Source: Nitriliruptoraceae bacterium
Lineage (GTDB): Bacteria > Actinomycetota > Nitriliruptoria > Nitriliruptorales > Nitriliruptoraceae
Direction of reading: 5' to 3'
Length of the DNA stretch: 34,849 nucleotides
Assembly (NCBI GenBank): GCA_007125475.1
Contig: SLDB01000003.1
Span: 1-34,849 of the forward strand
This document shows, piece after piece, positions 8,562 through 16,592 of this stretch. Positions within the stretch are counted from its first letter, which is position 1, and every line of letters begins with the position of its first letter. The notes below the pieces were generated by a model. The model saw only the letters and a program-made list of their open reading frames with translations. It made no database searches and was not told the origin of the DNA. The position numbers were made by a program, and so were the translations under genes.

Positions 8562-10385
8562 GTGACCGAACTGCTCACCGAGCTCGCAGAAGGACGGCGC
8601 CGCCTGTTGGCGCGCGCCGACGAACTGACGGCGTTGTGGCAACGTGCCCAGTCCGCAACCGGTTCCCCGGCCCCCGGCGAGGACGATGCCGAGGGGCTGG
8701 TCACCGCCGACCTGTCCAGGATCCGCGAAGAACTGCATCGCCGGACGTTCACGATCGGGTTGTTCGGCCTCATCAAGCGGGGAAAGTCCACGCTGCTCAA
8801 CGCCCTCCTCGGCGCTGAGCTCAGCCCGACCCACGTCACCCCCGAAACGGCCGTCCCCGTGTACGTCGAGTACGGCGACGAACCGCGCGCGGTCGTGCAC
8901 CTGGTCAACGGAGAACAGCGTGACGTCGCACCCGACGAGGTCGGGGTGTGGACCTCCCAGAAGGAGAACCCCCGCAACCGCCGGGGCGTCACCCATCTTC
9001 GATGGACACACCCCAGCGGGATGCTGCGAAACGGTGTGCGGATCGTCGACACCCCCGGCCTCGACGACGCCGACGCCGACGATCTCTACACCCGACGCAC
9101 CATTCAGGAACTCGAGGCCGCCGACGCCGGGATCCTGGTGTTCCTCTCGCCGCCGACGGTCGGCGCGACCGAGATGGCGTTCCTGCGGGAGGTGACCGCC
9201 GCGCAACTGCGCAAGACCCTCCTCGTCGCGAACCTGTACCCCCAGCAGTTCCACGACGAGCTCGCCCGGACGCAGGTCGTCGAGTACGTCCGTCGTCAGG
9301 TGTCCCGGGAGAGCGGCCTGAAGATCACCGACGTCGAGATCCATGCGGTGTGCGCCGAGGACGCCTGGCAGGCCCGTCGCGACGGCGACGACGCCCGGTT
9401 CGAGCTCACCGGCGGGGCCGGGCTGCTACGTGCCGTCGAGGAGGCGATCGCGGCGAACACCGGCCGTCGGGCCCTGCAGCGGGTCGAAGCCGCGCTCGAC
9501 CACACGGTCGAGGTCGCTCGAGCCTCGCTGGACCTGCAGGTCCAGGCCCTCGCCGGCCGTCTCGCCTCCGGGCAGCAGGAACAGGTCCGTGAACACAGCC
9601 GACGACTCACCAACGCCCGCGACGACGTCGTCGAGAACCGGCTGCGTGACGTGGCCGCGACGCGCACCCAGCTCGACGCCCTGGTCAACGGGTTGTTCCT
9701 GCGGACCCGCGCGGCGGTGAAGGAAGCCGTGAGCGTCGCCGAGCTCGAAGGCATCCTCACCCGGTTCAGCCGGGAAGTCGTCGTCACCACCGAGGACGCG
9801 TTCCAACAGCTGCACCACCAGCTGATCGCGATCCACGCCGAGAGCACCCGGCAGTTCGACGCCGGCGTGGCGTCGACGCTGCACGAGCTCGGAGCGGTCC
9901 GCCCTGGGCTCGGGGTGACCGGGACCGGTCAGCACACCCCGGCAGAGGCGTCGGCGTTGGGTGTGGGGACGAACCTGCAAGGGGCGGCCGTCGGTGGGAT
10001 CCTCGCCGGTGGTGCCAGCTTCGCGTTGGTGGGTTCGCTGCTCGGCCCGATCGGACTCGTCGTCGGCGCCGTCGTCGGGTGGAGACTCGGCAGTATCGTC
10101 CGCGCCGGCCGTGAACTCCGGCCGCTCCGCGCCGAGGTCGATGAACGCATCGTCGAGATCGGCGACGAGGTGCTCGGCGAGTTCGACCGCCGCCTGGACG
10201 ACCTCGTCGCAGCTGTCCGCACCGCGGCACAGCAGCGCCGGCTCGGGTTCGCCGCAGATCTCCGGGAGCTGCTGGAGATGCTCGAACGGCTCAGCCCGGA
10301 GACCGACTCCCGCACCGAGACGCTGGAGGAGCTGCGCGAGATCCTCGCCGAGGTGGAGCGACTCGGTGCCTCGCGTAGCGGCTGA
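8562..10385 (+). CDS. bacterial dynamin-like protein (large membrane-associated GTPase)
   Basis: P-loop GLIKRGKST (8766-8792) and G3 DTPG (9048-9059). Long helical stalk. Gly/Ala-rich hydrophobic hairpin GAAVGGILAGGASFALVGSLLGPIGLVVGAVVGW (about 9981-10090) sits in the paddle position. GGAGAGG precedes GTG 8562. Confidence 0.85.
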   Translation: MTELLTELAEGRRRLLARADELTALWQRAQSATGSPAPGEDDAEGLVTADLSRIREELHRRTFTIGLFGLIKRGKSTLLNALLGAELSPTHVTPETAVPVYVEYGDEPRAVVHLVNGEQRDVAPDEVGVWTSQKENPRNRRGVTHLRWTHPSGMLRNGVRIVDTPGLDDADADDLYTRRTIQELEAADAGILVFLSPPTVGATEMAFLREVTAAQLRKTLLVANLYPQQFHDELARTQVVEYVRRQVSRESGLKITDVEIHAVCAEDAWQARRDGDDARFELTGGAGLLRAVEEAIAANTGRRALQRVEAALDHTVEVARASLDLQVQALAGRLASGQQEQVREHSRRLTNARDDVVENRLRDVAATRTQLDALVNGLFLRTRAAVKEAVSVAELEGILTRFSREVVVTTEDAFQQLHHQLIAIHAESTRQFDAGVASTLHELGAVRPGLGVTGTGQHTPAEASALGVGTNLQGAAVGGILAGGASFALVGSLLGPIGLVVGAVVGWRLGSIVRAGRELRPLRAEVDERIVEIGDEVLGEFDRRLDDLVAAVRTAAQQRRLGFAADLRELLEMLERLSPETDSRTETLEELREILAEVERLGASRSG

Positions 10386-10406
10386 CCCGGCTTCGGGGCC
10401 CTCGCC

Positions 10407-10742
10407 TCACCGACCGAGAGCCGCTGATGGAGCGCCGGCGGCAGCGTCGCCCAAGGCAGCGTCGCCGGCAGCGGCGGCAGCGTCGCCTTCGTAGGCGTCG
10501 GCCTCGTCCAGGGCGGTCAGGATCGCCTCCGCGAGGCCGCGCGCCGAGTCGCGGGTGAGTTCGACGGCGACCCGGGCCGAGGGTCCCTGGGCGTCGTTCA
10601 CGAAATCGAGGCTGAGCGCGTGCTCGTAAGGGGCGTGGTAGGGGTGGTCGTAGCCCACGTTGGCGTGATCCAGCGTGAACCAGCCGTTGGCGCCCTTGCC
10701 GCTACCTCGGACGGCGGTGCGCATCGCGATGGTGGTGCACAT
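10407..10742 (-). CDS. small conserved actinobacterial protein of unknown function ('MCT...GSGKG..GWF...HP.HAP.EH' type; possibly DUF6295, from memory)
   Basis: ATG at 10742 with GGAGCGAGGA just upstream, 19 nt after the dienelactone hydrolase stop. Globular-looking N-terminal ~85 aa followed by an Ala-rich tail. Confidence 0.65.
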   Translation of the reverse strand: MCTTIAMRTAVRGSGKGANGWFTLDHANVGYDHPYHAPYEHALSLDFVNDAQGPSARVAVELTRDSARGLAEAILTALDEADAYEGDAAAAAGDAALGDAAAGAPSAALGR

Positions 10743-10761
10743 CCTCGCTCCTGTTCGCCGT

Positions 10762-11532
10762 TCAGCGCAGGGTGCGGTCCAGGAACTCCCAGATCCGCCC
10801 CCACCCGTCGACCGCCGCCTCGGCGTGATACGCCGCCGGCCGGTCGTAGTAGAAGAATCCGTGTCCAGCGCCGTCGTAGCGGTGGAACTCGTAGGCCTTG
10901 CCGTGATCGGCGAGGACGCGTTCGTGCTCGTCGACCTCCTCGGGGCTCGGGGCGCGGTCCTCGTTGCCGAACAGCCCCAGCAGCGGGCACGGCAGGTCGG
11001 AGGTCAGATCGATCGGCGCGACGGGGTAGCGGTCGTTGAGGTCGTCGTCGTCCATCACGATCCGCCCACCCCAGCAGTCGACCACGGCGTCCACATCTCC
11101 GCCGTGACACGCCGCCAGGTAGGCGTGCCGGCCCCCCGAACAGGTGCCGAACAACCCCACCCTCCCGTTCGACGTCGGGGCGGCACGGAGCAGCTCGACA
11201 CAGGCCAGCCCATCGGCGACGACGTCGGCGTCGGCGACATCCCCCTCGGCGCGGACCCGGGCGGCGACGTCGTCGGGATCGCCCTGCCCGAACCGGGCGT
11301 AGAGGTCCGGACAGATCGCCGCGTAGCCGTGATACGCGAACCGCCGCGTCGCCTCCCGATACCACTCGTCCCATCCTGGACGGTGATGGAACAGCACCAC
11401 CGACGGGAACGGCCCGGGCCCCAACGGCCGTGCGTGGTAGGTGTTGATCCACGTCCCGTCCGCGCTGCGCACCGGCACGGTCTCGGCGAGCATCCCCTCG
11501 TACGCCCCGGTGTTCGTGGTCCCACTCGTCAT
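10762..11532 (-). CDS. dienelactone hydrolase family protein
   Basis: Motifs PSVVLFHHRPGWDEW, GLFGTCSGGRHAY (nucleophile elbow with Cys) and YDGAGHGFF. Only the last 256 aa of the 837-aa track ORF look protein-like. Confidence 0.88.
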   Translation of the reverse strand: MTSGTTNTGAYEGMLAETVPVRSADGTWINTYHARPLGPGPFPSVVLFHHRPGWDEWYREATRRFAYHGYAAICPDLYARFGQGDPDDVAARVRAEGDVADADVVADGLACVELLRAAPTSNGRVGLFGTCSGGRHAYLAACHGGDVDAVVDCWGGRIVMDDDDLNDRYPVAPIDLTSDLPCPLLGLFGNEDRAPSPEEVDEHERVLADHGKAYEFHRYDGAGHGFFYYDRPAAYHAEAAVDGWGRIWEFLDRTLR

Positions 11533-11868
11533 CGAACGCCTCCCTGCGAGATCTCCCGTTCCTGGCTCCGGTCGACCGAGCCCCCGGTCAGTGACCAGAC
11601 CCTGTCCACCTCTCCCGTCCATCCGTCCCATGGCCCGGCGGCTGACACGGTGGGTCGGCTCCCTCGTCCTCTGCTTCGGTGACGGTCCATGGACCCGCCG
11701 TCGCCGGCCTTCGAGCCCGTCGGGCCATCGACCCCGCTGACCGCGACCGAGGCTGACCTCGACCGTGGCCGGGCGGGACCGTGGCCGGGTGGGACGCGAT
11801 GGTGACCCACCGGTCACCGGCAGGCCGAACGTAGCACCGCAGGTTCGTGTCCTACCCTGGAAACGACG

Positions 11869-13194
11869 ATGTCGCTCCCCCTTTTCGATCCGGACCGGAT
11901 CGCCGCTCACACCCCGCCCGACCGGGACCGCTACATCGACCTGTTGCGCGTCTCGGCGATCCTGCTGGTCGTCCTCGGTCACTGGCTCGCCGGCGTGGTG
12001 CGTGTCGACGGAACCGAGGTGACGGTCACCCGGCTGATCGGCGAGGTCCCCGAGACCCAACCGGCGACCTGGCTGTTCCAGGTCATGCCGGTGTTCTTCC
12101 TCGTCGGAGGGGCGGTGAACGCCCGGTCGTGGTCGCGTGCCCGAGCCGCCGGGGAGCCGTGGCCGACGTGGGTTCAGCGGCGTGCGCGCCGCCTCCTCGG
12201 ACCGCTGGTCGCGCTGCTGGCGGTGTGGGCCCCGGTCACGGTCGCCCTGCACGCGGCCGGCCTGCCTCCCGCCTGGGTCAGTGCGGGGATCGACCACGCC
12301 CTGCTGCCGGTGTGGTTCCTGGCGGTGTACCTGCTCACCGTGTGCCTCACCCCGCTGACACACCTGCTGCACCGTCGGGCCGGGATCCTCGTGATCGCGG
12401 CCGCCGTGGCCCTCACCGGGGTCGTCGACGTCCTCCGGGAGATGGAGACCCCGGCGGTCGGGTTCGCCAGCTACCTGCTGATGTGGGGCGGTGTGCACCA
12501 GATCGGCTACCTCTGGCACGAAGACCGGCTCCCCCGCACCCCCCGTACCGCCGTGGTCGTGTTTGTCGGCGGTGCGGTGGCCCTCACCCTCCTCGTCACC
12601 GTCGCCGGGTACCCGATCGCGATGGTCGCCCCCGGCGCCGGGTACGACGACAACGCCGATCCGCCGTCGCTCGCGTTGTGGGCGCTCGCGGTGACGCAAC
12701 TCGGTGCCGTCCTGCTGTTCCGCCGGCCGGCGGAGCGGTGGCTGCAGCGACGGTGGGTGTGGGCCGTCACCGCCGTCACCGGGGGGATGCTGATGACGGT
12801 GTTCCTGTGGCACATGACCGCGGCGGTGCTCGTCGGATCGGCACTGCACACCGCGGGATGGTGGCCGTCGACCGGCGTCGTCGACGTCAGCTGGTGGGCG
12901 CGCCGGCCGGTGTGGGTCGGGTTGTGCGCGATCGTGCTGGCGGTGCTGGTGACGGTGTTCCGTCGCTTCGAGGTGGTGGACACACCGGCGACCCGCGTCG
13001 GTGCGCCACGGGTCCTGGTCGGTGTCGCCGCAACGGTGACCGGGTTGGGCGTCGTCCTCACCGGCGGGGTGTACGAAGCCGAGACGGCCACCGGGCTCCC
13101 CCTGGTCGGGTTCGGGGTCCTCGTGGCCGGGTTGGCGAGTCTGGGTGTCATCGCCGTGCCCGGTCGCCAGAACGGGGCTCACGTCCCACCGTGA
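11869..13194 (+). CDS. acyltransferase family 3 (OafA/YrhL-like) integral membrane protein
   Basis: N-terminal RYIDLLRVSAILLVVLGHW motif and about 10 hydrophobic helices. Confidence 0.85.
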   Translation: MSLPLFDPDRIAAHTPPDRDRYIDLLRVSAILLVVLGHWLAGVVRVDGTEVTVTRLIGEVPETQPATWLFQVMPVFFLVGGAVNARSWSRARAAGEPWPTWVQRRARRLLGPLVALLAVWAPVTVALHAAGLPPAWVSAGIDHALLPVWFLAVYLLTVCLTPLTHLLHRRAGILVIAAAVALTGVVDVLREMETPAVGFASYLLMWGGVHQIGYLWHEDRLPRTPRTAVVVFVGGAVALTLLVTVAGYPIAMVAPGAGYDDNADPPSLALWALAVTQLGAVLLFRRPAERWLQRRWVWAVTAVTGGMLMTVFLWHMTAAVLVGSALHTAGWWPSTGVVDVSWWARRPVWVGLCAIVLAVLVTVFRRFEVVDTPATRVGAPRVLVGVAATVTGLGVVLTGGVYEAETATGLPLVGFGVLVAGLASLGVIAVPGRQNGAHVPP

Positions 13195-13256
13195 ACTGGT
13201 CACCCCAGAACCCCCACCCGTAGGATCAGAGGGTGACCGTGAAAGCGCCACCGGAC

Positions 13257-13294
13257 GGGGAATCAGCAACATCAAGGGGAATCAGCAACATCGG
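13257..13294. repeat. 19-bp direct tandem repeat x2 (ggggaatcagcaacatc..), relatively AT-rich
   Basis: 13257-13275 ggggaatcagcaacatcaa and 13276-13294 ggggaatcagcaacatcgg. Confidence 0.9.
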
Positions 13295-13542
13295 AGCGCC
13301 GTCGACCTCGCAGGATGGCGGGAGAACCAACGCCGGCCGCCAGGTCTGGAACCGCTGTCGGGGTGGCACCCGACAGGCCGAGGAACGCGGCACCGAGCGG
13401 AGCCGAACTCCGCCGAACGTGCCGGCGGCGCGGGGAAGCCACCGCGACGTCCCGTGATCGACGCTTCCTCGTCGAGAACCGGAAGGCCTCGCGCCAGCGC
13501 ACGGGCACACACCACACCAGCACACACACCGGGGGATCCTCG

Positions 13543-14466
13543 ATGAGAAACACCCGCACGACCGGACGCCGTCGGGCCCTCACCACCGGCATCGTCGCCG
13601 GGGCGGCGCTCGTCCTCGCTGCCTGCGGCGGTGAGGACACCGACCCGGCGACCGACGCTGCCGTGACCGCGGATGACACCGTCAGCGACGCGGACGACGA
13701 CGCCGGTGACGACGCCGGTGACGACGACACCGTCGACGCCGACGACGCCGGGGTCGAGGCTGATGACGACGCCGACGATGGGGCGGCCGCGGCAGATGCT
13801 GATGACGCCACCCCGGGCGACGCCGCCGCCGGCGACGCGCTCACCATCGACGAGGTCGTCCGCCTGCTGCAGGACGCGCACGGCACCGCCGCACAGGTCA
13901 CCTACGACGTCGAGTTCGAGGGACCGCTGACGACGATGACGCTGGCCCAGGACCCACCGCGGTCCGCGATGCTGCTCGACAGCGCAGAGGGTGAGTTCCG
14001 GATCATCACCGACGGCGACGAGACGACGTCCTGCATGCAGATGGGTGGGGAGTGGCAGTGCTTCACCCAGACCCTCGACAGCGAGTTCGCCGAGGGGCTC
14101 CTCGACCTCCCGGGCATCGAGGACACCGATCCTGAGGACGTCGCCGAGGACGAGACACCCGATCGGATCGAGTCGACGACGGTCCTCGACCGCGACGCGG
14201 TGTGCCTGTGGTTCGACGAGTCCGACGGCGCCATCGACGTCCGTGTGTGCTTCGACACCGAGACCGGGATCGTGCTGCTGAGCACCGGCACGTCGCCCGA
14301 CGGCGAGGAGTTCCGCCTCGAGGCCGTCGAGGTCGGTGACGTCGATCCGGCAACGTTCGAGCTCCCGGCCGAGCCGATGGACTTCGACCTCGGCGAACTC
14401 GGGGACCTGGGCGAATTCGATGCCGACGACCTCGACCCCGGCGAGCTGCCAGACTTCGGGAACTGA
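13543..14466 (+). CDS. acidic secreted lipoprotein, function unknown
   Basis: MRNTRTTGRRRALTTGIVAGAALVLAACGG has an RRR n-region and an LAAC lipobox. A D-rich linker is followed by a globular domain with 4 Cys. GGGGGA lies 6 nt before the ATG. Confidence 0.75.
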   Translation: MRNTRTTGRRRALTTGIVAGAALVLAACGGEDTDPATDAAVTADDTVSDADDDAGDDAGDDDTVDADDAGVEADDDADDGAAAADADDATPGDAAAGDALTIDEVVRLLQDAHGTAAQVTYDVEFEGPLTTMTLAQDPPRSAMLLDSAEGEFRIITDGDETTSCMQMGGEWQCFTQTLDSEFAEGLLDLPGIEDTDPEDVAEDETPDRIESTTVLDRDAVCLWFDESDGAIDVRVCFDTETGIVLLSTGTSPDGEEFRLEAVEVGDVDPATFELPAEPMDFDLGELGDLGEFDADDLDPGELPDFGN

Positions 14467-14521
14467 CACGCCCGGTGCGGGTGTGCAACGTCGAATCCGA
14501 GTTGGACGTCCCCGGCCGGTT

Positions 14522-14588
14522 GACGGTGAGCCGGAACCGGCCACCGATCCGGCGGACGGTGAACCGGATCCGGCTCACCGCGCCGGCC
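14522..14588. repeat. 33-bp direct repeat x2 containing an 11-bp perfect inverted repeat
   Basis: gacggtga recurs at 14522 and 14555. ggtgagccgga (14525-14535) pairs with tccggctcacc (14569-14579). Confidence 0.85.
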
Positions 14589-14617
14589 GGAGACGCTTGC
14601 GTAGCGGCCATGGGCGT

Positions 14618-14785
14618 GCGTCACTTCGAAAGGATGGCAGCGCGTGTCCCTGCGACCGGCCAGGGACGTACGTCACTTCGAAGGGACGGCAGCGCGTGTC
14701 CCTGCGACCGGCCAGGGACGCGCGTCACGGTGACCGGACGGGGGCGTGCCTCACCCGGGAGCCGACAGGCACGTGCGTCACCGCC
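14618..14785. repeat. 52/53-bp tandem repeat x3 plus a partial copy, each unit carrying a hairpin
   Basis: Units at 14618-14669, 14670-14721 and 14722-14774 (diverged). A fourth unit start, gcgtcac, overlaps the stop codon at 14778-14780. Stems are gtccctg/cagggac at 14646-14667 and 14698-14719, and gtgcct/aggcac at 14746-14772. Confidence 0.9.
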
Positions 14786-14999
14786 ACCAGCGGGCAACGA
14801 GGTTCACCACGATGGTGAGAACGACGGAGACCACCACCATCGACGTGATCGGGACGAACACCCGGGTGTTCCCCCGTCCCGCTCGGATGTCCCCGGGCAG
14901 ACGCCCGAACCACGACATCGCACCGGTGGCGACGAGGACCCCCATCAGCACCAGTACGACACCGATGACGACGAGCACCGCACCGAACCCACGATCCAT
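14778..14999 (-). CDS. DUF2905-like small membrane protein
   Basis: MDRGFGAVLVVIGVVLVLMGVLV...WFGRLPGDI...VFVPITSMVVVSVVLTIVVNLV. The GRLPGDI motif sits between two TM helices. ATG at 14999. Confidence 0.75.
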   Translation of the reverse strand: MDRGFGAVLVVIGVVLVLMGVLVATGAMSWFGRLPGDIRAGRGNTRVFVPITSMVVVSVVLTIVVNLVARWWR

Positions 15000-15137
15000 A
15001 CCCACCACGGTACGCGGACGTCCCCGGGTACCACCACCCTTCGCCCCTAGCGCCGCCGTCCGGATTCTGCGACACCAGGGGGGCCGTGTCGCCACGGCGC
15101 CTCCCCGACCGGCAGCGACCTCGAAGGACGGGACCCC

Positions 15138-16313
15138 ATGAGTGCCGAACCGCAGCCCGACCGCCTCGGGGCGTTGAGGGACGACGTCCGCAGCTTCGTC
15201 GACGAGGAGGTCCTCCCGGTCGAGGACGTCGCGCTCCGCGCCGACCATCGTGACGTCCTCGCGGGACTGATGTCAGAGGCCAAGGCGCGGGGGTTGTGGG
15301 CCCTTGGCCACCCCGAAGAGCTCGGCGGCGGAGGGTTGCCGTTCCTCGACTACGTCGATGTGTGCGAGATCGTCGGCCGTTCGGCACCGGCGTACGTCGC
15401 GCTCGGTACCCACTCCCTGCAGGATGTCCTGATGCTGAAGCGTCACGGCACCCGGGAACAGCAGGAGCGTTGGCTCGGTCCGCTCGTGGACGGCGAGGTG
15501 TTCACCGGCATGGCGATGACCGAGCCGGAGGTCGCCGGCTCGGACCCCAAGACGATCCGCACGACCGCCCATCAGGACGGTGACGCCTGGGTGATCAACG
15601 GCCATAAGTGGTTCACCTCGTGGGCCGACCGCGCCGCGTTCGTCACAGTGATCGCGAAGTCCGACCCGACCGCCGATCTGCACCGGCAGTTCTCGGCGTT
15701 CCTGGTCCCGACCGACACCGAAGGCTTCGAGGTGACGAGGCTGCTGTCCGTGATGGGGGAAGACGAGACGATCCACGGCGAGCTCCGCTTCGACGGGGTC
15801 CGTCTCAGCGACGCGCACCTCCTCGGGGAACGCGGCCAGGGGTTCGCGATCGCCCAGCACCGCCTGGGGCCGGCACGGATATTCGACGCGATGCGCTGGC
15901 TGGGACAGGCCGAGCGGGCGTTCGAGCTCGCCACGGCCACGGCCCGCCGGCGTTACGCGCACGGAACGACCCTCGCCGAGAAGGGGGAGATCCGCCACCT
16001 CATCGCGGAATCCGCGTCGCAGATCTACGCCACGCGGCTCATCGTCCTCGACGCGGCCCGCGCCATCGACGCCGGGGACGATGCCCACGTGCGCGTCTCG
16101 ATCGCGAAGTTCGTCGGCGCCCGGATGCTCAACGACGTCGTCGACCGCGCGATCCAGGTCCACGGCGCTGCGGGGTTGAGCAGCGACCTGCCGCTGGAAC
16201 GGATGTACCGCGAGGCCCGCGCAGCCAGGATCATCGACGGGCCTGACGAGGTCCACCGGATGGTGGTCGCCCGCGCCCTGATCGAGGACACCGCGGCGAA
16301 TGCGCCTTGGTGA
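15138..16313 (+). CDS. acyl-CoA dehydrogenase (ACAD10/11-like subgroup)
   Basis: Motifs GMAMTEPEVAGSD, NGHKWFTSW and RIIDGPDEVH near the C-terminus. Confidence 0.92.
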   Translation: MSAEPQPDRLGALRDDVRSFVDEEVLPVEDVALRADHRDVLAGLMSEAKARGLWALGHPEELGGGGLPFLDYVDVCEIVGRSAPAYVALGTHSLQDVLMLKRHGTREQQERWLGPLVDGEVFTGMAMTEPEVAGSDPKTIRTTAHQDGDAWVINGHKWFTSWADRAAFVTVIAKSDPTADLHRQFSAFLVPTDTEGFEVTRLLSVMGEDETIHGELRFDGVRLSDAHLLGERGQGFAIAQHRLGPARIFDAMRWLGQAERAFELATATARRRYAHGTTLAEKGEIRHLIAESASQIYATRLIVLDAARAIDAGDDAHVRVSIAKFVGARMLNDVVDRAIQVHGAAGLSSDLPLERMYREARAARIIDGPDEVHRMVVARALIEDTAANAPW

Positions 16314-16417
16314 GCGGCGCAAGCCCCCGACCCGGGCCGACGTGCGTCCGCCGCGGTGACCGGCCGGACGTGACTCGGAAGCGATGACGGGGCCGTGCCG
16401 GCGACACCGGCCGGTGG

Positions 16418-16475
16418 TCCGCGGTGACGCGGGACGGCGCCGATGATCCGCGGTCACGCGTGACGGCGCCGGTGG
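16418..16475. repeat. 29-bp tandem repeat x2
   Basis: 16418-16446 tccgcggtgacgcgggacggcgccgatga versus 16447-16475 tccgcggtcacgcgtgacggcgccggtgg. Confidence 0.8.
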
Positions 16476-16592
16476 TGGTGCACCTCGCGTGGTTGCCCGG
16501 ACGACAAGGTCGTGAGCGACCCGAAGTATCCTGCGCCGATGCCGGCGACGAGACGTCGGTGAACTCCATCGGCTCGACGCGTAGGGGATGAC

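Noticed and set aside
10386-10406. Small hairpin cccg-gctt-cggg between the DLP and the small-protein stop codons, as a bidirectional terminator
   Set aside because: The stem is only 4 bp with no U tract, which is too weak to call.
10762-13275. 837-aa minus-strand ORF
   Set aside because: Only the last 256 aa (10762-11532) are protein-like (dienelactone hydrolase). The remainder is antisense to the acyltransferase-3 gene and is R/P/G/D junk.
13257-13400. c-di-AMP (ydaO-type) riboswitch upstream of the lipoprotein
   Set aside because: Superficial similarities exist (acggggaatc, cccgacag). The characteristic CAGCUxACCUCGxAxGCG segment and the pseudo-symmetric architecture are not present. It is kept only as a generic structured-leader candidate.
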